Below, piece after piece: positions 23,700 through 37,900 of a stretch of DNA of 64,000 nucleotides. The stretch lies in NCBI GenBank assembly GCA_030390025.1, contig CM059432.1, positions 122,018,001 to 122,082,000 on the forward strand, read 5' to 3'. Source of the DNA: Squalus acanthias. Taxonomy: Eukaryota. A program made the translations under genes and the position numbers. Below the pieces are notes generated by a model. The model searched no databases. It was not told the origin of the DNA and saw only the letters and a program-made list of their open reading frames with translations. How positions within the stretch are numbered: position 1 is the first letter of the stretch; each line of letters starts with the position of its first letter.

Positions 23700-24200
23700 C
23701 ATACAAATCAAGTATCAGGATGTATCTCTTATTTAATTACAAGTCAAAGGAATTCATTGTAAACCTCGCACAGATCATTTGTGAGGCCACATTTGGACTA
23801 TTCTGTGCAGTTTTGGGATAACTCCCTTCAAAAAGGCTTTGGTACATTGAGCAGGGCCCAGGGAAGAGCAGCAACGGCAATTCTAAAATTTAGGGCTCTA
23901 ATTATGAAGAGACTTACAGAACTGAAGTTGTTATTTTTTGTTGGAGAAAGGAAGTCTGAGGGGAGATGTGATCCAGGTCTTTAAAATTATGAGAGACATG
24001 GATAATATAGATGCAGGTCGGTTATTTAACTTGGACTGTGAGCACTTGAACCAGACTAGATTAAAGGATATAATTCCTAAATGAACAAGCATCATGCAAG
24101 ATTAGAGATGAGAAGAACGTCCCCCCAAAGAGCAGTGGATATACTCCTTTCAAAAGCAGTTAATAAGTGTTCATTAAATTCTTCAAACTGGTTTAATCTC
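23700..24200 (+). mobile_element. Highly degraded CR1 3' fragment
   Basis: RPHLDYSVQFW remnant of the CR1 ORF2 C-terminus. Confidence 0.65.
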
Positions 24201-24264
24201 TTTGGAATGGAAATGAAAGCTATAGGTTCAGACACAGACTATCAAATATTTCATAGTACACATG

Positions 24265-26455
24265 GGGCTAAAAACTCGATAGTGGTAAAAACATGCCGGT
24301 ACCACCGGGGGCCAGTACTAACGGCCGTCAAAAATGGTGGCGCTGACAGCACCGGAAAATTGGTGCTGGGGACTAATTAACATTAGCCCAGTGCTAAACT
24401 CATCGTGCAACGCCGTCCTGGTGGCGTTCATCCTGGCAGGAGGCCCCAATGTGGCGTGGCCGTTGCGTCATTGCAGCAAGAACAGCCTGCTCTGAAAGCA
24501 AGGCTGTCATTTTAGAAAGTAGTTCGGTCTCTTAAAGGGGAACTGCCTTCTGAAATGAAAAAAATAAATATCATATAAAAATAGGCAGTTCTTAGCATTT
24601 ACAGCTCAACTGCCTTCTGAAAAAAATAACATTAAAGAGAATTCCCAAATGGGAGTCTTCAGCTCTTAAAGCTGAATTCCTTTCCGCACCTAAAAAACGG
24701 CAGAAGTGCTTCAGCACTAACACAAATGGCTCAGCAAGCCAGGGAAAGGGCACCCAGGGTCTCACACACAACACTCCAGCTTTGTGCAGGGGGTCAACAC
24801 TGCAAGAATGGTCCTCTATCCACAGGGGTCAGGAGGCCCTCCAGAGAGAATGATGTGGGACCAGATCACCAAGGCTGCCACTGCCAGCAGTGTTGCCCCC
24901 GTGACCTGGCTCCAGTGACCAAAGAAGCATCATGACCTCAGACCACTGGTCAAGGTCAGTGAATGCATCTTCAAAAGCCATCTCCTACCAATTGCACCAC
25001 TAGCCTCTCACACTTCTCACTACATGACTACACCCCATCACTCACCTACCAACAATCTGTACCAAACGCGAGGCACACCTCCCATTCCTAGCTTCACCTC
25101 ACCCCCTTGGAGGAGACGGTGCTGGAGAGTCTTGTCAGGGGCATGGCTAAACCCTTGGCCAGCGGTGGGGCTGAAAGGATTCAAGATGCTGGTACAAGAT
25201 CCTCCTTCTCACATGCACCTCTTGCTTTCCCGCCATCCCCTCACAACAACTCCACCCTTGTGCCTTCCTCATTTCACACACCGAAGAAATCCAGCCTGCC
25301 CAGCCAGTGGTCGACCAAGAAGGGAGACGAGGGTGAAGAAGAAGAAAAAAATGAAGAAGACAAAGAAGAAGAAGAAGAAACACCGTCACTCAATTTCATA
25401 CTCCCAGCCACCAGCTCCACAAGGTCGACCAGCAAGGCCATTTGCAGTGACCCCACTGAAAGTCAGCAGCCTTCCACCAGCCATGCTGCAGCCACTGGGG
25501 TAGCACTACACAACATCAGTGGGATAGGCAAAGACACACACAGGACAGTCACTAAGAGAATGCATAAGGGTGATGAGTTCATTTCTTGATGTAATATTGG
25601 ATAGATAGATGTATTAAGTTGGATTAGAAAGTTTGCTTTGTGGTGGCTTTTATTTCAGCATTGTGGCCAAGAGGACTCTGTGATGGACGGTAACAGAGAG
25701 AAGGTAAGGTGTGGGACAAATGTTGAAAGGGGAATTGGGATTGTGGTCACTGGTACTGCAGGCGAATGATTCCATCCTGGATATTCCGGCCAGAAAGTGG
25801 CTGTCTAGGTTGCATCCTTCCTTCTGCTTCCTCCTCTTGTGCTTCCTCCTCTTCTACGTCTTCCTTTTCTGCGTCTTCCTCTTCTGCGTCTTCCTCTTCA
25901 CTCTGTGAGCAGATGCTGTAAATCTGAAATAAAAGCCCAAAATGCTGGAAATACTCAGCACATCAGGCAACATCTCAACCTAAGACGTGAACTCTGTTTC
26001 TCTCTCCACGGATGCTGCCTGAACTGCTGAGTATTTCCAGCATTTCTATCTTCTCAGAGGCCTTCCTTTACCATCCAAGGCCTTGCAAGCATCCAGCAGC
26101 ACTCCCTACATGCCCTGCACACCTAAAAAAACTTTTAAATGTATTGCATCAAGCCACTACTTAAATACATTTTAAAAATCCAGTCCAAAAGCTTAAATGC
26201 AAACTTATGCATGTGTCCCTTTCAGAAATGCTGACCGTGTCTCTGTCAGTCTGTTGAACGCTTGCTTTTCAGAGCGAGCTTAGGACCCAGCACTGAACTC
26301 AGCACTAATGTCAAAGTTATCGGCAGTGCTAAGGCCCTCACCAAAATGCCAGCTGCTGAGTTCCGCACCAGAGAAGGGCACTAGAGTGGCGGCCACCATT
26401 TTTCGCCAGGATAGCGGCGCAAACGGATGGCAGTATGTAGCCCAATTTCTGGGCC
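24265..26455 (+). mobile_element. Decayed Harbinger with a Myb ORF remnant (from 24726); probable TSD ATG
   Basis: Imperfect TIR GGGCTAAAAACT / AATTTCTGGGCC; MAQQARERAPR...WDQI...TWLQ remnant; acidic segment. Confidence 0.6.
25905..26052. repeat. Short palindromic Penelope pLTR-derived repeat, degraded
   Basis: Same sequence family as 39031-39160 and 43756-43922. Confidence 0.6.
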
Positions 26456-26529
26456 ATGTTTCCTGAGCCTCCGAAACAAAGAAAATGTAATCCGAAGGGA
26501 CAAACCAGTCAGAGTTGAATTATGTAAAC

Positions 26530-26990
26530 CTTGGCTCAGTGGTAGCATTCTCATCTCTGAGTCAGAAGGTCATGGGTTCAAATCCCACTCCAGAGACTTG
26601 AGCACATACTGTAGGCTGGCACTTCAATGCAGTACAAAAAGGGTACTGCATTGTTGAAGGTGCTATCTTTTAGACGAGACGTAAAACTAAGGCCCTGTCT
26701 CCCCTGTGCGGTGGATGTAAAAGGTCTAATGGAAATTTTGAAGAAGAGCAGGGGCGTTCTCCCAGTGTCCTGACCAACATTTATTCCTAAACCAATACAA
26801 CTAAAACAGATTATCTGATCATTTATCTCATTGCTTTTTGTGGGACCTTGCTGTGTGCAAATTGGCTGCTGCATTTGCCTACATTACAATAGTGACCAGA
26901 TTTCAAAAATACTTCATATGCTGTGAAGTGCTTGGGCCATCCTGAGGGCATGATAGGCAGTATATAAATGAAAGTTCTTTCTTTCTTCTT
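26530..26990 (+). mobile_element. tRNA-derived SINE (DeuSINE-like) with L2-like 3' end
   Basis: A box TGGCTCAGTGG, B box GGTTCAAATCC, central domain, TATATAAATG...(TTCT)n tail. Confidence 0.8.
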
Positions 26991-27309
26991 CAATGGAACT
27001 TTGGGATAGATGGCTATATGTTCTAGAAAATGTGCAGAAGATAGGGTACATTGAATACAGTCTGTGGAAGGAACAGGCATGGGAGGAGGGATTGACTTTG
27101 AGTTAAGTGACTCAGAACCAAATTTTAATTTCAGTCATCGAGAAGAATAACTGAAGAATAGCAATGAACCATTTTGCTTCTTCTAAAAACTGTATTCCAT
27201 ATTCCTGGGAGTAGGACCATAATATTATAATTTTGTAGTAAGAAAATTTCAAAATGTAATGAAAAAGATACCTGACCTAATCTCTATAAATAAATATCTT
27301 CATATATGT

Positions 27310-28625
27310 TTCAGATTTACACCTGGTGCTGATCCTGGCATACTCTTCTACACTCCTCATTGAACAAGGGCTAGTCCCTTGGCATGATGGTGATGGTAGA
27401 ATGAGGGATATGATGGACAATGAGGTTACGGATGGTAGAAAATAATTCTGCTGCTGCTGATGGCCCACAGCGCCTTATGGATGCTAGATCTGTTCTGAAT
27501 CTATCCCATTTAGCACGGTGGTAATGCCACACACCACGATGGAGGGTGTCCTCAGTGTGAAGATGGGACGTCATCTCTGCAAGCACTGTGCGGCATTCAC
27601 TCCTCCCAATACTGTCAATGACAGATGCATCTTCTGGTGACGACAAGGTCAAGTAGGTTTTTCCTCATGTTGGTTCTCTGTCCACAGGCTCAGTCCTGCA
27701 GCTATGTACTTCAGGACTCGGCCAGCTTGGTCAGTAGTGGTATTTCCGAGCCACTCTTGGTGATGGGCATTGAAGTCCCCCACCCAGAGTACATTCTGTG
27801 CCCTTGCTGCCCTCAGTGCTTCTTTCAAGTAGAGTTCAATATGGAAGAGTACTAATTCATCATCTGAGGGAGGGCGGTAGGTGGTAATCAGCAGGAGTTT
27901 TCCTTGCCCATGTTCGACCTGATGCCATGAGACTTTATAGGGTCCGGAGTCAATGTTGAGGACTCCCAGGCCCACCCTCTCCTAACTGTATACCCCTGTG
28001 CCGCTACCCCTGGTGGATCTGTCCTGCCGTTGGGACAGACCTACCCAGAGCTGGTGATGAAGGAGTCTGGGATGCTGGCTGAAAGGTAAGATTCTGTGAG
28101 CATGACTATGTCAGGTTGTTGCTTGACTAGTCTGTTGGACAGCTCTTCCAATTTTGGGCGCAAGTCCCCAGATGTTAGTGAGGAGGACTTTGCAGGGTTG
28201 ACTGGGCTGGGTGTGCCTTTGTCGTGTCTGAATCCAGTGCCTAGGCTGATGCTGATGGTTCATCCGATTTTATTCTTATTGTAGTTTTTCGTATCGGTTT
28301 GGTACAACTGAGTGGCTTGCTCGGCCATTTCAGAGGGCAGTTAAGAGTCAACCACATTGCTGTGGGTCTGGAGTCACAAATAGGCCAGACCGGGTAAGGA
28401 TGGCAGATTTCCTTCCCTAAAGGACATTAGTGAACCAGATGGGTTTTTATGACAACCCGGTAGTTTCAAGATCACCATTACTGATACTAGCTTTTTATTC
28501 CAGATTTATTTACTTAATTGAATTTAAATTCCCTGGCTGCCGTGGAGGGATTTGAACTTATGTCTCCGGATCATTAGTCCAGGCCTCTGGTTTACTAGTC
28601 CAGTAACATACCAACAATGCTACCA
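27310..28625 (-). mobile_element. 5' part of a CR1-group LINE: tRNA-like SINE head followed by an APE endonuclease remnant
   Basis: Minus strand: A/B-box head, then TNIWGL...PDIVMLTESYL, YRPPS, GDFNAHH. Confidence 0.7.
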
Positions 28626-30404
28626 TAATGCACATTTCACTTGGCCAGTTAAAATGGCGATCGGCGACTTCCCGGTGAGAACAGGACGGTAAGTCGACTT
28701 TTGCTATTTTTACCGCTCAGCCATCCCGTTTCGGCCGGGCGGATTGGTTTAAATACAGGGCCCTGGTCTTCACTCCCCAGGTGCAATGCCATCATTGATC
28801 AACTGGTAAAATAGGAAGACAAACACACTTCAGTCTTTACTGTTTTAAAATAGATGTAATTTAACATGCAAGCCTGACAGAAAATGACATGGAAGAATAA
28901 AAGTATTTGCTTTTTGAGCATTAAAGAAAGCAATGGACTCTAGACAAAAATTAATCATTTGGAAAGAACCGCATATTTTATCGGCTTAGATTTGGTAGCA
29001 GTCAGTCGGTAAGATTTGACCTCCTGCTGTAGTGTATTTACTAATGCTGAGTCAACTCTTATTTTTTTCTGTGGTTATATGCCCTAAGGGACTACTTGGA
29101 AATAGATGTGTTGTCCAATCTCAATAAGAGAAAGAGAAAGGCAACATTTAAAAAGTTTTCTTACTATCAGCATTCTTGCTTGCCTACCGACTGGCCTATC
29201 TACCTAAGTATAGTTATTTGAGGAGAAAACTTTTGGGAATTTATTATTCTACAAGGACTGATGTTTGCTGTACTTAATTTGGTTTAGCGAGCGTAGAGCT
29301 ACAGATGCACTTCTGGGCATTGAGTAAGGTCTGGGGAAGCCCCATTATGCTGATATTTGCCAGAACACGATAGTACCTTCAGAGAAAGATCGATGCCTCT
29401 TCTGGTTCCTTTGTTATCTTCATTTTAATGAAAGACAATGGAAACTAAAGCAGCACACTAAGTTCATTTCCTGTTGCAGTAACTTGATGACAAGTCAATA
29501 AGGATTTTCGATAATTTTATAACAGTCAACGTTCAAATCTTCTAAGTGTTTAGGAGTTTGAAGTGTTGGCTGCCTGGTTTTCAACCAGTTCTAGATCCTT
29601 GTAAGCACCACTTTTCCTCACAGATAACACAGAAGGGATTTGTTTAGGAACTGTTTTATTCTCTGAACACTCAGCTGCACTTCAAAGCCAATTAAACTCT
29701 GACAAATGAAGTAAAAACAGCCCAGTGTGCATTTGTTTTAAATGACTGAAGCTCCAGTTTTAAAATTCTAGGCACTTTTGCTGCCCTTTAATGTTTCAGA
29801 TTTTTGTGCTTGCATGCAATTTTTAGCTCCATGATTTACACAGATGTGTTGTCTTTACATTGGATTTACATTGTAGCAAACCACCCCAACTATGGGATTT
29901 CAGTAAAAATGCAACTCATCGGGATACTTTAAAAGTGGCACCAAGACTCCTGCAAAGTAATTGATGTGATGGATAATCTGTTATTAAACACACTCCATGA
30001 TTACAATCACATGACCTTCAATCACTTTTATTACCATATAATTGACTAACTCCAATCGACATTCATTTCTTTTGATGGGAGTCTATTCCACCCAAATAGT
30101 ACTCTGTCTTCAAAACATGCTTCTAATTTCAATTCGAATTTGAGGCACGCCAGTTTTCTGCTTGATTCCTGTAATTCTGTATTAAGTAACCTGCTGTTAT
30201 AATTCATGGCTTCTCCAGACATTCTTTTCTGTACCCAACGCAAAAGTCAGTTCCAACAGCCTATGAACTGAAGCGAGACCTTGTGCACAATGTAATCTGA
30301 GATAGTGTGCCAAGGTTGAATTGTAGACCTGTTTACTGTCCCTAGGTTTACTTGTAGGATTCCGACTCCTCCACTGCCTCTATGTTGTCACGCTGCTTGT
30401 ACTG

Positions 30405-32165
30405 GATGAGCAGAAATTTCCTCCAATAAACAATGTCAAGAACAAAGTCATTGCCTTTGGCCCTCGCCACCAACTCCATTCCCTAGCCACTGATTCCACC
30501 CCCTTCCTTGGCCAGAATCTTAGGCTGAATCATAGGGCAGAATTTTCATTGAGCCGTGGAGGCGGGTTTGGAGGCGGGACTGGATTGAAAATAGCTGAAT
30601 CGGGGGTCCCGACCCCATCCCGCCCCCAACCCGCCTCCATGCCAGTTTCGCTGGAGGCAGGTACCTGACCAGTGCTGGGACCCGCCTCCCCGAGGCGGGA
30701 AGGGGATTAGTGGCAATAAACTGCCTGTTAACAGGTAGTTAACAGGCAGTTTTTTGCCTAATCCCTATTTTTATGCCTGAAATGTAGGCTCTCCGATAGG
30801 TCTGAACCACGCCATTTCAGCGAGGCGGACCGTGGGTCTGCAGGGGTTGGAGGGGTCGATATGTCCGATGGGCAGATGAGTGATGGGTGCATGTGTGCAG
30901 AGGTAGGTGTGTAAGGTAAGTGTAAAGTGTGGAAAAAAGTTTTACTTACCTTAACTTCCTCCTGCAGGTGTCAGCCCTTCAGGTCTCGGGAGTCAGAAAT
31001 CTCACCGGCACAGAAAGCAGAATGGCCGTTGAGCTGTCAAAAGCTGCAGCCTCTGCTTTTTGTTCTGCAGAGATCTCTAAATCAGCCTGAGGGGAAGGAA
31101 TTAACTTAGAGTACAGATTGTCAGTGTTTGACAGCTTCAAAGAGCTGTCAAACGCTGATATTTCATCTGTCAAAAGCTCTTGACAGATGAAATGTCAATC
31201 TGTGACATCACCTGTTGCCGGGTGGCCCTTAGTTGGCTTGCTGAGCCCGCTGGGCGGGCTCAACAAGGTCAATCAAGTGAAAATACAGTGGGTTGGCCAC
31301 AAGTCGATGGAGGCAGGACTACAACCCAAAAAGTAGGAGTCCCGCCTCCATCCCTTCCCCAGTTTCAAAATCCACCCCATAATGTTTGCAACCTCTGCAT
31401 CCTATTTGACCATGAGCTGAGCTAGCGACTCCATCTCCTCTCCGTCACCAAGACCACCTACTTCCACCTCCGTAATATCGCTCATCTCTACATGCCTTGG
31501 TATGTTTTACTACGTTAAAGGTGCTACATAAATGCAAGTTGTTGTTGTTGTTGTCTCCGCTCCTGCCTCAGCCCACCGACTGAAACAACCATCAGTGCTT
31601 TTCTTACCGCTAGACTTGACTACCCAATGCTCTCCTGGCCGACCTCCCATCCTCCACCCTACATAAACTTGTGCTCATCGAAAACTTTGCCGCCCATACT
31701 CTAACTCGCACCAAGACCCATTCACCCATCATCCCTACGCTCCTGGTCCAGCAATGCCTCGATTTTAAAATTCTCATCCTTGTGTTAAAATCCCTCCATG
31801 GCTTCGACCCTCCCTATCTCTGTAACCTCCTCCAGCCCTACAATCCTCTGAGAACTCTGCATTCCTCCAAATTTCATGCCTATTGTGAATCCTTGACTTC
31901 CTTTGCTCCACCATTGGGGACTGTGCCTTCAGCTGACTAGGCCCTAAGCTCTGGAATTCTCTTCCTAAATCTCTCTGCCTCTCTACCTATCTCTCCTCCT
32001 ATAAGACGCTCCATAAAACCTAACTCTTTGACAAAGCTTTTGGTCACCTATCTTAAAATCTCCTTCTTTGGCTCTGTGTCAACTTTTGTCTGATTACGCT
32101 CCTGTGAAGTGCCTTGGGACATTTTACTATGTAATAGGTGCTACATAAATGCAAGGTGTTGTTGT
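30405..32165 (+). mobile_element. L2 LINE 3' fragment with (TTG)n tail, interrupted by a MITE
   Basis: Homologous to 37397-38380 (SRLDY.N.LL, FKILILV.K) and the L2 3' end. Confidence 0.8.
30535..31378. mobile_element. Harbinger-type MITE, family B (844 bp), TSD ATA
   Basis: TIR GGGCAGAATTTT / AAAATCCACCCC; ATA at 30532-30534 and 31379-31381; colinear with 16472-17313. Confidence 0.85.
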
Positions 32166-32291
32166 TCTACATGCCCACATCACTTCAGAAGATGATTAAT
32201 ATCAGATCATTTGATAATAGATTAGACTACCAAACACATCGAGACATTTATAGAAGGAAGCAGTAAAAGCTACTTGTTGAAGCAACTAACA

Positions 32292-34797
32292 TGGGAGAAA
32301 TTGGCTAACTCACAAAAATGAGCGTGAGGCTCATGGTACGCGATTAATACACAACCGTTCATCGTGTTGCTGGCAGCACGCTGAATTGGTGCTGGCTGCT
32401 GTTTTACATGATTGCTGCGTGCAGTCAGTGCTCCCCGCGCTGTTCACTGGCTACACGCATCAGCAGGGGCCCGATATCGTGAGTGGCTAGCGCTACTTAA
32501 AGGCAGCCTGCACCTCTTAAAGGGGAAGTGCATTGTGGCTGCAAGAAGTGGGGGGTGTCATTTGAAAACTGAATCTGTGCTCTGAACATGCGAGAGACGA
32601 GCACCAAGGTTCTCAGACACTGCACTGGAGGTCTTGGCAGAAGAGGTGAAAAGGAAAGACGTCCTGTATCCGCAGCAGTGCAGGAGGCCCTCCAGACAGA
32701 TGCTCAGGAGGTAGTGGGAAGCAGTAGCATCGGAGGTCAATGTCGGGAGTGTTGCTCCAAGCACACGGATGCAGTGCAGGAAGAAGCTTAACGATCTCAC
32801 ATGAGTTGTCAAGGTGAGTGAGTTGATTTTCAAATGGCATATCCTACCAACTGCACCACTAGCCTAATCCACTGCTCAATTCACCACACCCCCATCACCA
32901 ACCTACCAACAATCTCTATCAATCAGTACTCAACCCTAAAATTCACATGGTTTACCTCACCCTCACACACTTAGCACTGTTGCAAGCCTCGCACCCACAA
33001 CTCACAGCTCGTACACAATGAAAGCTATTCAACTTTGACAGCCACATCACCCAAACATATTGCACAATACTCACTGACACACTTCCTTCTCTCTTGCAGA
33101 GAAGGTGGCACACAACCGGAGGCAGCAGGAACTAACTGGGAACTAACTGGAGGAGGAGAGGCGTGCCTGCATGTTCTAACCCCCATGAAGGAGACGGTGC
33201 TGGCCGTTATGGGAAGGGCCATTGCTGAGGCCGTGACCACTGGAGGGGCTGAAATGATTGAAGATAAGGGTATCCACATACCTAATCCTACTTCTCACAT
33301 CCCACTTCTCCCTCATCCCACAATCTCTTCTGACTGAGATGCAAATGATGGTGTAAGCCTGCACTTCTTACTGTCTCCTCTCCCCTCATCACAACCCTAC
33401 CTTGCCCTTTTTCCTTTCAGATACCAAGAACTGCAACCCGCCCAGGCAATGGAGGAAGAGCAAGAAGACAGTGAAGATGAAGACACACCATCATTCCATT
33501 TCACAGTTGCATCCACCAGCTCAGATACTGACACTGCGCATAATTTAGAGAATAGGATAGAGGCGGGATCTGCACGTGAGACACCGGGCACAAGTGCGCT
33601 TCAGCCAGGGCAGGGGGAAAGGATAGCGCAGCTGCCAGTTCACCGGAGGGCGAGGTCGCACACTAGTTCTGCTGCAGAAGACTTACATTCTGACTTCGAT
33701 ACACCAGGCTACAGAAGAAAGTTGATGGGTGTACACACCCAAATGCTTGGTGCACGGGAAAGCCTGCCAGAAATTTGCGTTCAATGTCAAGGAGCATGGA
33801 GGATTTCAGCACCAAATTGGCACAGGGCTTTGCGCAGAGCTTGGAGCCCATCCTTTCCAACATGGAACGGATGGCTACTTCCAGCAGCACACCTGTGGAA
33901 CCAACCATGATGCAGCGTCTGATGGCCGATGTCTCAGCTTCCATTGCAGCACAAGCAGCAGCCACTCAATGTCTGAGTGCTGCAGTGGAAGCTCAGACTC
34001 CTGTCATGCAATCTCAGCTTGCTGCCATTGAGGCGCAGACTGCTGCCATCATGGCTCTGGATACCAGTGTGCAAAGGGGCTTCAAGGGCATCACAGCACT
34101 CCTGCAAATCTGTTCGCCAACAAATCTACTCTCTAAAAACCCTTTACGGATAAGGCCTCCTGCTGAGAGCCCTTCTCCCCCTCCTCATCCTCCCTCTTCT
34201 AGCAGCTTGTCCTGCTCTGCGTGGCCTCTGCTCATCCTCGCAGTCAAGCTCAATGCCAAGAGGAAGCGTGACTAAGCCACCCATGTCTGCAAGCAATTGG
34301 TTTGTGCAGAAGCCTTTAAGTCACCAAAAAGTACTTCAGCAACAGCCAGATCACTCCCTGTAGACTATTGAAACTTTTAACAAGTTTGGAAAATCAGCGA
34401 AAATGCATAGAATTACACCAACAGCCAGAAGAAATAATCCAGCAACTAATCTGCAAGTAGTTGATGATCCCTTTAAATAGTGTTGTTGGGTTACCTTCAT
34501 GCCGTTGAATGCGTGTTCAGCTGTGGAAGGTTAAAAGAGGGCGTAGGCTGGAGTGTGGAGCTCCAAAATGACAGCGCTTGTATCAAATCTACGTTGCACA
34601 CTGATTGACGTCATGATCTACCTGCTCTGCATGCTGCAGGCAGATATTAGATGCGCGCGTGCAAATACCTTTACGAAGATGTTGTCCGCCACGCTTCGTG
34701 TCAGAAGTGTGTGTGTGCAACACAAACAACATTTTGGAACCTTAAGGGGCCTCGTAGCGCCCAAAAAATGAGCGCTACCGAGCCCAATGTTGCCCCC
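32292..34797 (+). mobile_element. Decayed Harbinger with a 3-exon Myb ORF remnant (~32590-34110); transposase deleted
   Basis: RAPRFSDTALEVL...WEAVASEVN...QCRKKLNDL then GTGAGT; exons 2-3 resemble family A/C ORF2; imperfect TIRs. Confidence 0.7.
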
Positions 34798-34944
34798 AGA
34801 GAGTAGGGATAATGTGCAGGTACTCTAATTGGCAGGATGTGACAAGTGGTGTCCCACAGGGATCTGTGTTGGGGCTTCAACTATTCACCGTATTGATTAA
34901 TGACTTAGATGATGGGATAGAGAGCCACATATCCAAGTCATATC

Positions 34945-37900
34945 AGAATCATAGAATAATAGAATGGTTACAGCACAGAAGGCCATTTGGCCCATTGAGC
35001 CTATGTCGGCTCTCTGCAAGATCACTTCAGCTAGTCCCACTCCCCTGCCCTTTCCCTATAGCCCTGCAAATTTCTTTCCTTCAGGTACTTATCCAATTCC
35101 CTTTTGAAAGCTGTGATTGAGTCTGCCTCCACCACCCTATCAGGCAGTGCATTCCAGATCCTAACCACTCACTGCGTAAAAGGTTTTCCCTCATGTCGCC
35201 TTTGGTTCTTTTGCCAATCACCTTAAATCTGTGTCCTCTGGTTCTTGACCCTTCCACCAATGGAAACAGTTTCTCTCTATCTACTCTGTCCAGACCCCTC
35301 ATGATTTTGAACACCTCTATCAAATCTCCTCTCAACCTTCTCTGCTCTAAGGAGAACAACCCCAACTTCTCTAGTCTATCCACGTAACTGAAGTCCCTCA
35401 TCCCTGGAACCATTCTTGTGAATCTTTTCTGCACCCTCTCTAAAGCCTGCACATCCTTCCTAAAGTGCGGTGCCCAGAATTGGACATAATACTCCAGTTG
35501 AGGCTGACCCAGTGTTTTATAAAGGTTCATCATAACTTCCTTGCTTTAGTACTGTCTCTATTTATGAAGCCCAGTATCCCGTATGCATTGTTTAACCACT
35601 TTCTCAACCTGCCTTGCCACCTTCAACGATTTGTACATATATCCCCAGGTCTCTCTGTTCATGCACCCACTTTAGAATTATGCCCTTTAGTTTATATTAT
35701 CTCTCCTCATTCTTCCAACCAAAATGTATCACTTCGCACTTTTCTGCATTAAATTTCATCTGCCACTTTGTTCAACCATTCCACCAGCCAGTCTATGTCT
35801 TCTTCAAGTCTATCACTATCCTCCTCACTGTTCACTATACTTCCCAGTTTTGTGTCATCTGCAAATTTTCCAATTGTGCCCTAAACACCCAAATCTAAGT
35901 CATTAATATACATCAAGAAAAGCAGTGGTCCTGGTACCGACCCCTGGGGAACACCACTGTATACCTTCCTCCAGTCCAAAAAACAACCGTTCACCACTGC
36001 TCTCTGTTTCCTGTCACTTAGCCAATTTCGTATCCATGCTGCCACTGTCCCTTTTATTCATGGGCTTCAACTTTGCTGGCAAATCTATTATGTGGCACTT
36101 TATCAAACGCGTTTTGGAAATCCATGTACACCACGTCAACCGCAGTGCCCTCATCAACCCTCTCTGTTACCTCATCAAAAAACTCAATCAAGTTAGTTAA
36201 ACATGATTTGCCTTTAACAAATCCGTGCTGGCTTTCCTTAATTAATCCATACTTGTCCAAGTGATTGTTAATTTTGTCCCAGGTTATCTTTTCTAAAAGC
36301 TTCCCCACTACCAAGGTTAAACTGACTGGCCTGTAGTTGCTGGGTTTATCCTTAAACCCTTTTTTGAACAAGGGTGTAACATTTGCAATTCTCCAGTCCT
36401 CGGGCACCACCCCTGTATCTAAGGAGGATTGAAAGATTATGGCGAGTACCTCCGCAATTTCCACCCTTACTTCCCTCAGCATCCTAGGATGTATCCCATC
36501 CAGTCCTGGTGACTTATCTATTTTAAGTACAGCCAGTCTTTCTAGTATCTCCTCCTTATCCATTTTTATCCCATCCTGTATCTCAACTACCTTATCTTTC
36601 ACTATGACTTTGGCAGCATCTTCTTCCTTGGTAAAGACAGATGCAAAGTATTCATTTAGTACCTCAGCCATGCCCCCTGCCTCTATCGTTAGGTCTCCTT
36701 TTTGATCCCTAATCAGCCCCACCCCTCCTCTTACTACCCATTTACTATTTATATGCCTATAGAAGATTTTTGAATTCCCTTTTATGTTAGCTGCCAATCT
36801 ATTCTCATACTCTCTCTTTTTCCATCTTATTTTCTTTTTCACTTCCCCTCTGGACTTTTTATATTCAGTCTGATTCTCACTTGTATTTTCAACCTGACAT
36901 CTGTCATAAGCCCCCCTTTTCTGCTTCATCTTACTCTCTATCTCGTTCGTCATCCAGGGAGCTCTGACTTTGGTTGCCCTACCTTTCCCCCTTGTGGGAA
37001 TGTACCTTGACTGCACCCGAACCATCTCCTCTTTAAAGGCAGCCCATTGTTCGATTACAGTTTTGCCTGCCAATCTTTAATTCCAATTTACCCGGGCCAG
37101 ATCCATTCGCAACCCACTGAAATTTGCCTTCCTCCAATTAAGTATTTTTACTCTAAATTGCTCCCTGTCCTTTTCCATAGCTAATGTAAACCTTATGATA
37201 CTATGATTACTGTTCCCTAAATGTTTCCCTACTGACACTTGCTCCACTTGACCCACCTCATTCCCCAGGATCAGATCCAGCAATGCCCCCTTCCTCGTTG
37301 GGCTGGAAACATACTGATCAAGAAAGTTCTCCTGAACACACTTCAGAAATTCTTCCCCCTCTCTGCCCTTTACACTATTACTATCCCAGTCTATACACAG
37401 GGTCAGTTTCCACATGTACGTTGACGACACCCAGCTCTACATCACAACTTCTTCTCTCGACCCCTCCACGGTGTCTAAATTGTCAGACTGCTTGTCCGAC
37501 ATACAGTTCTGGATGAGCATAAATTTTCTCCATTGAAATATTGGGAAAACCGAAGCCATTGTTTTCGGTCCCCACCACAAACTCCATTCCCTAGCCACTG
37601 ACTCCATCCCTCTCCCTAACATCTGTCTGAGGCTGAACCACACTGTTTGCAACCTTGGTGTCATATTTGACCCTGAAATGAGCTTCCGACCACATATGCA
37701 CAGCATAACAAAGACCGCCTACTTCCACCTTCGTAACATCGCACGTCTACGCCCTTGCCTCAGCTCATCCGCTGCTGAAACCCTCATCCATGCCTTTGTT
37801 ACCTCTAGACTTGATTATTCCAATGCACTCCTGGCTGGCCTCCCACATTCCACTCTACGTAAACTTGAGGTCATCCAAAACTCGGCTGCCCATGTCCTAA

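Noticed and set aside
26530..26600. tRNA gene
   Set aside because: A and B boxes are present but continue into a SINE body and tail, so this is a SINE head
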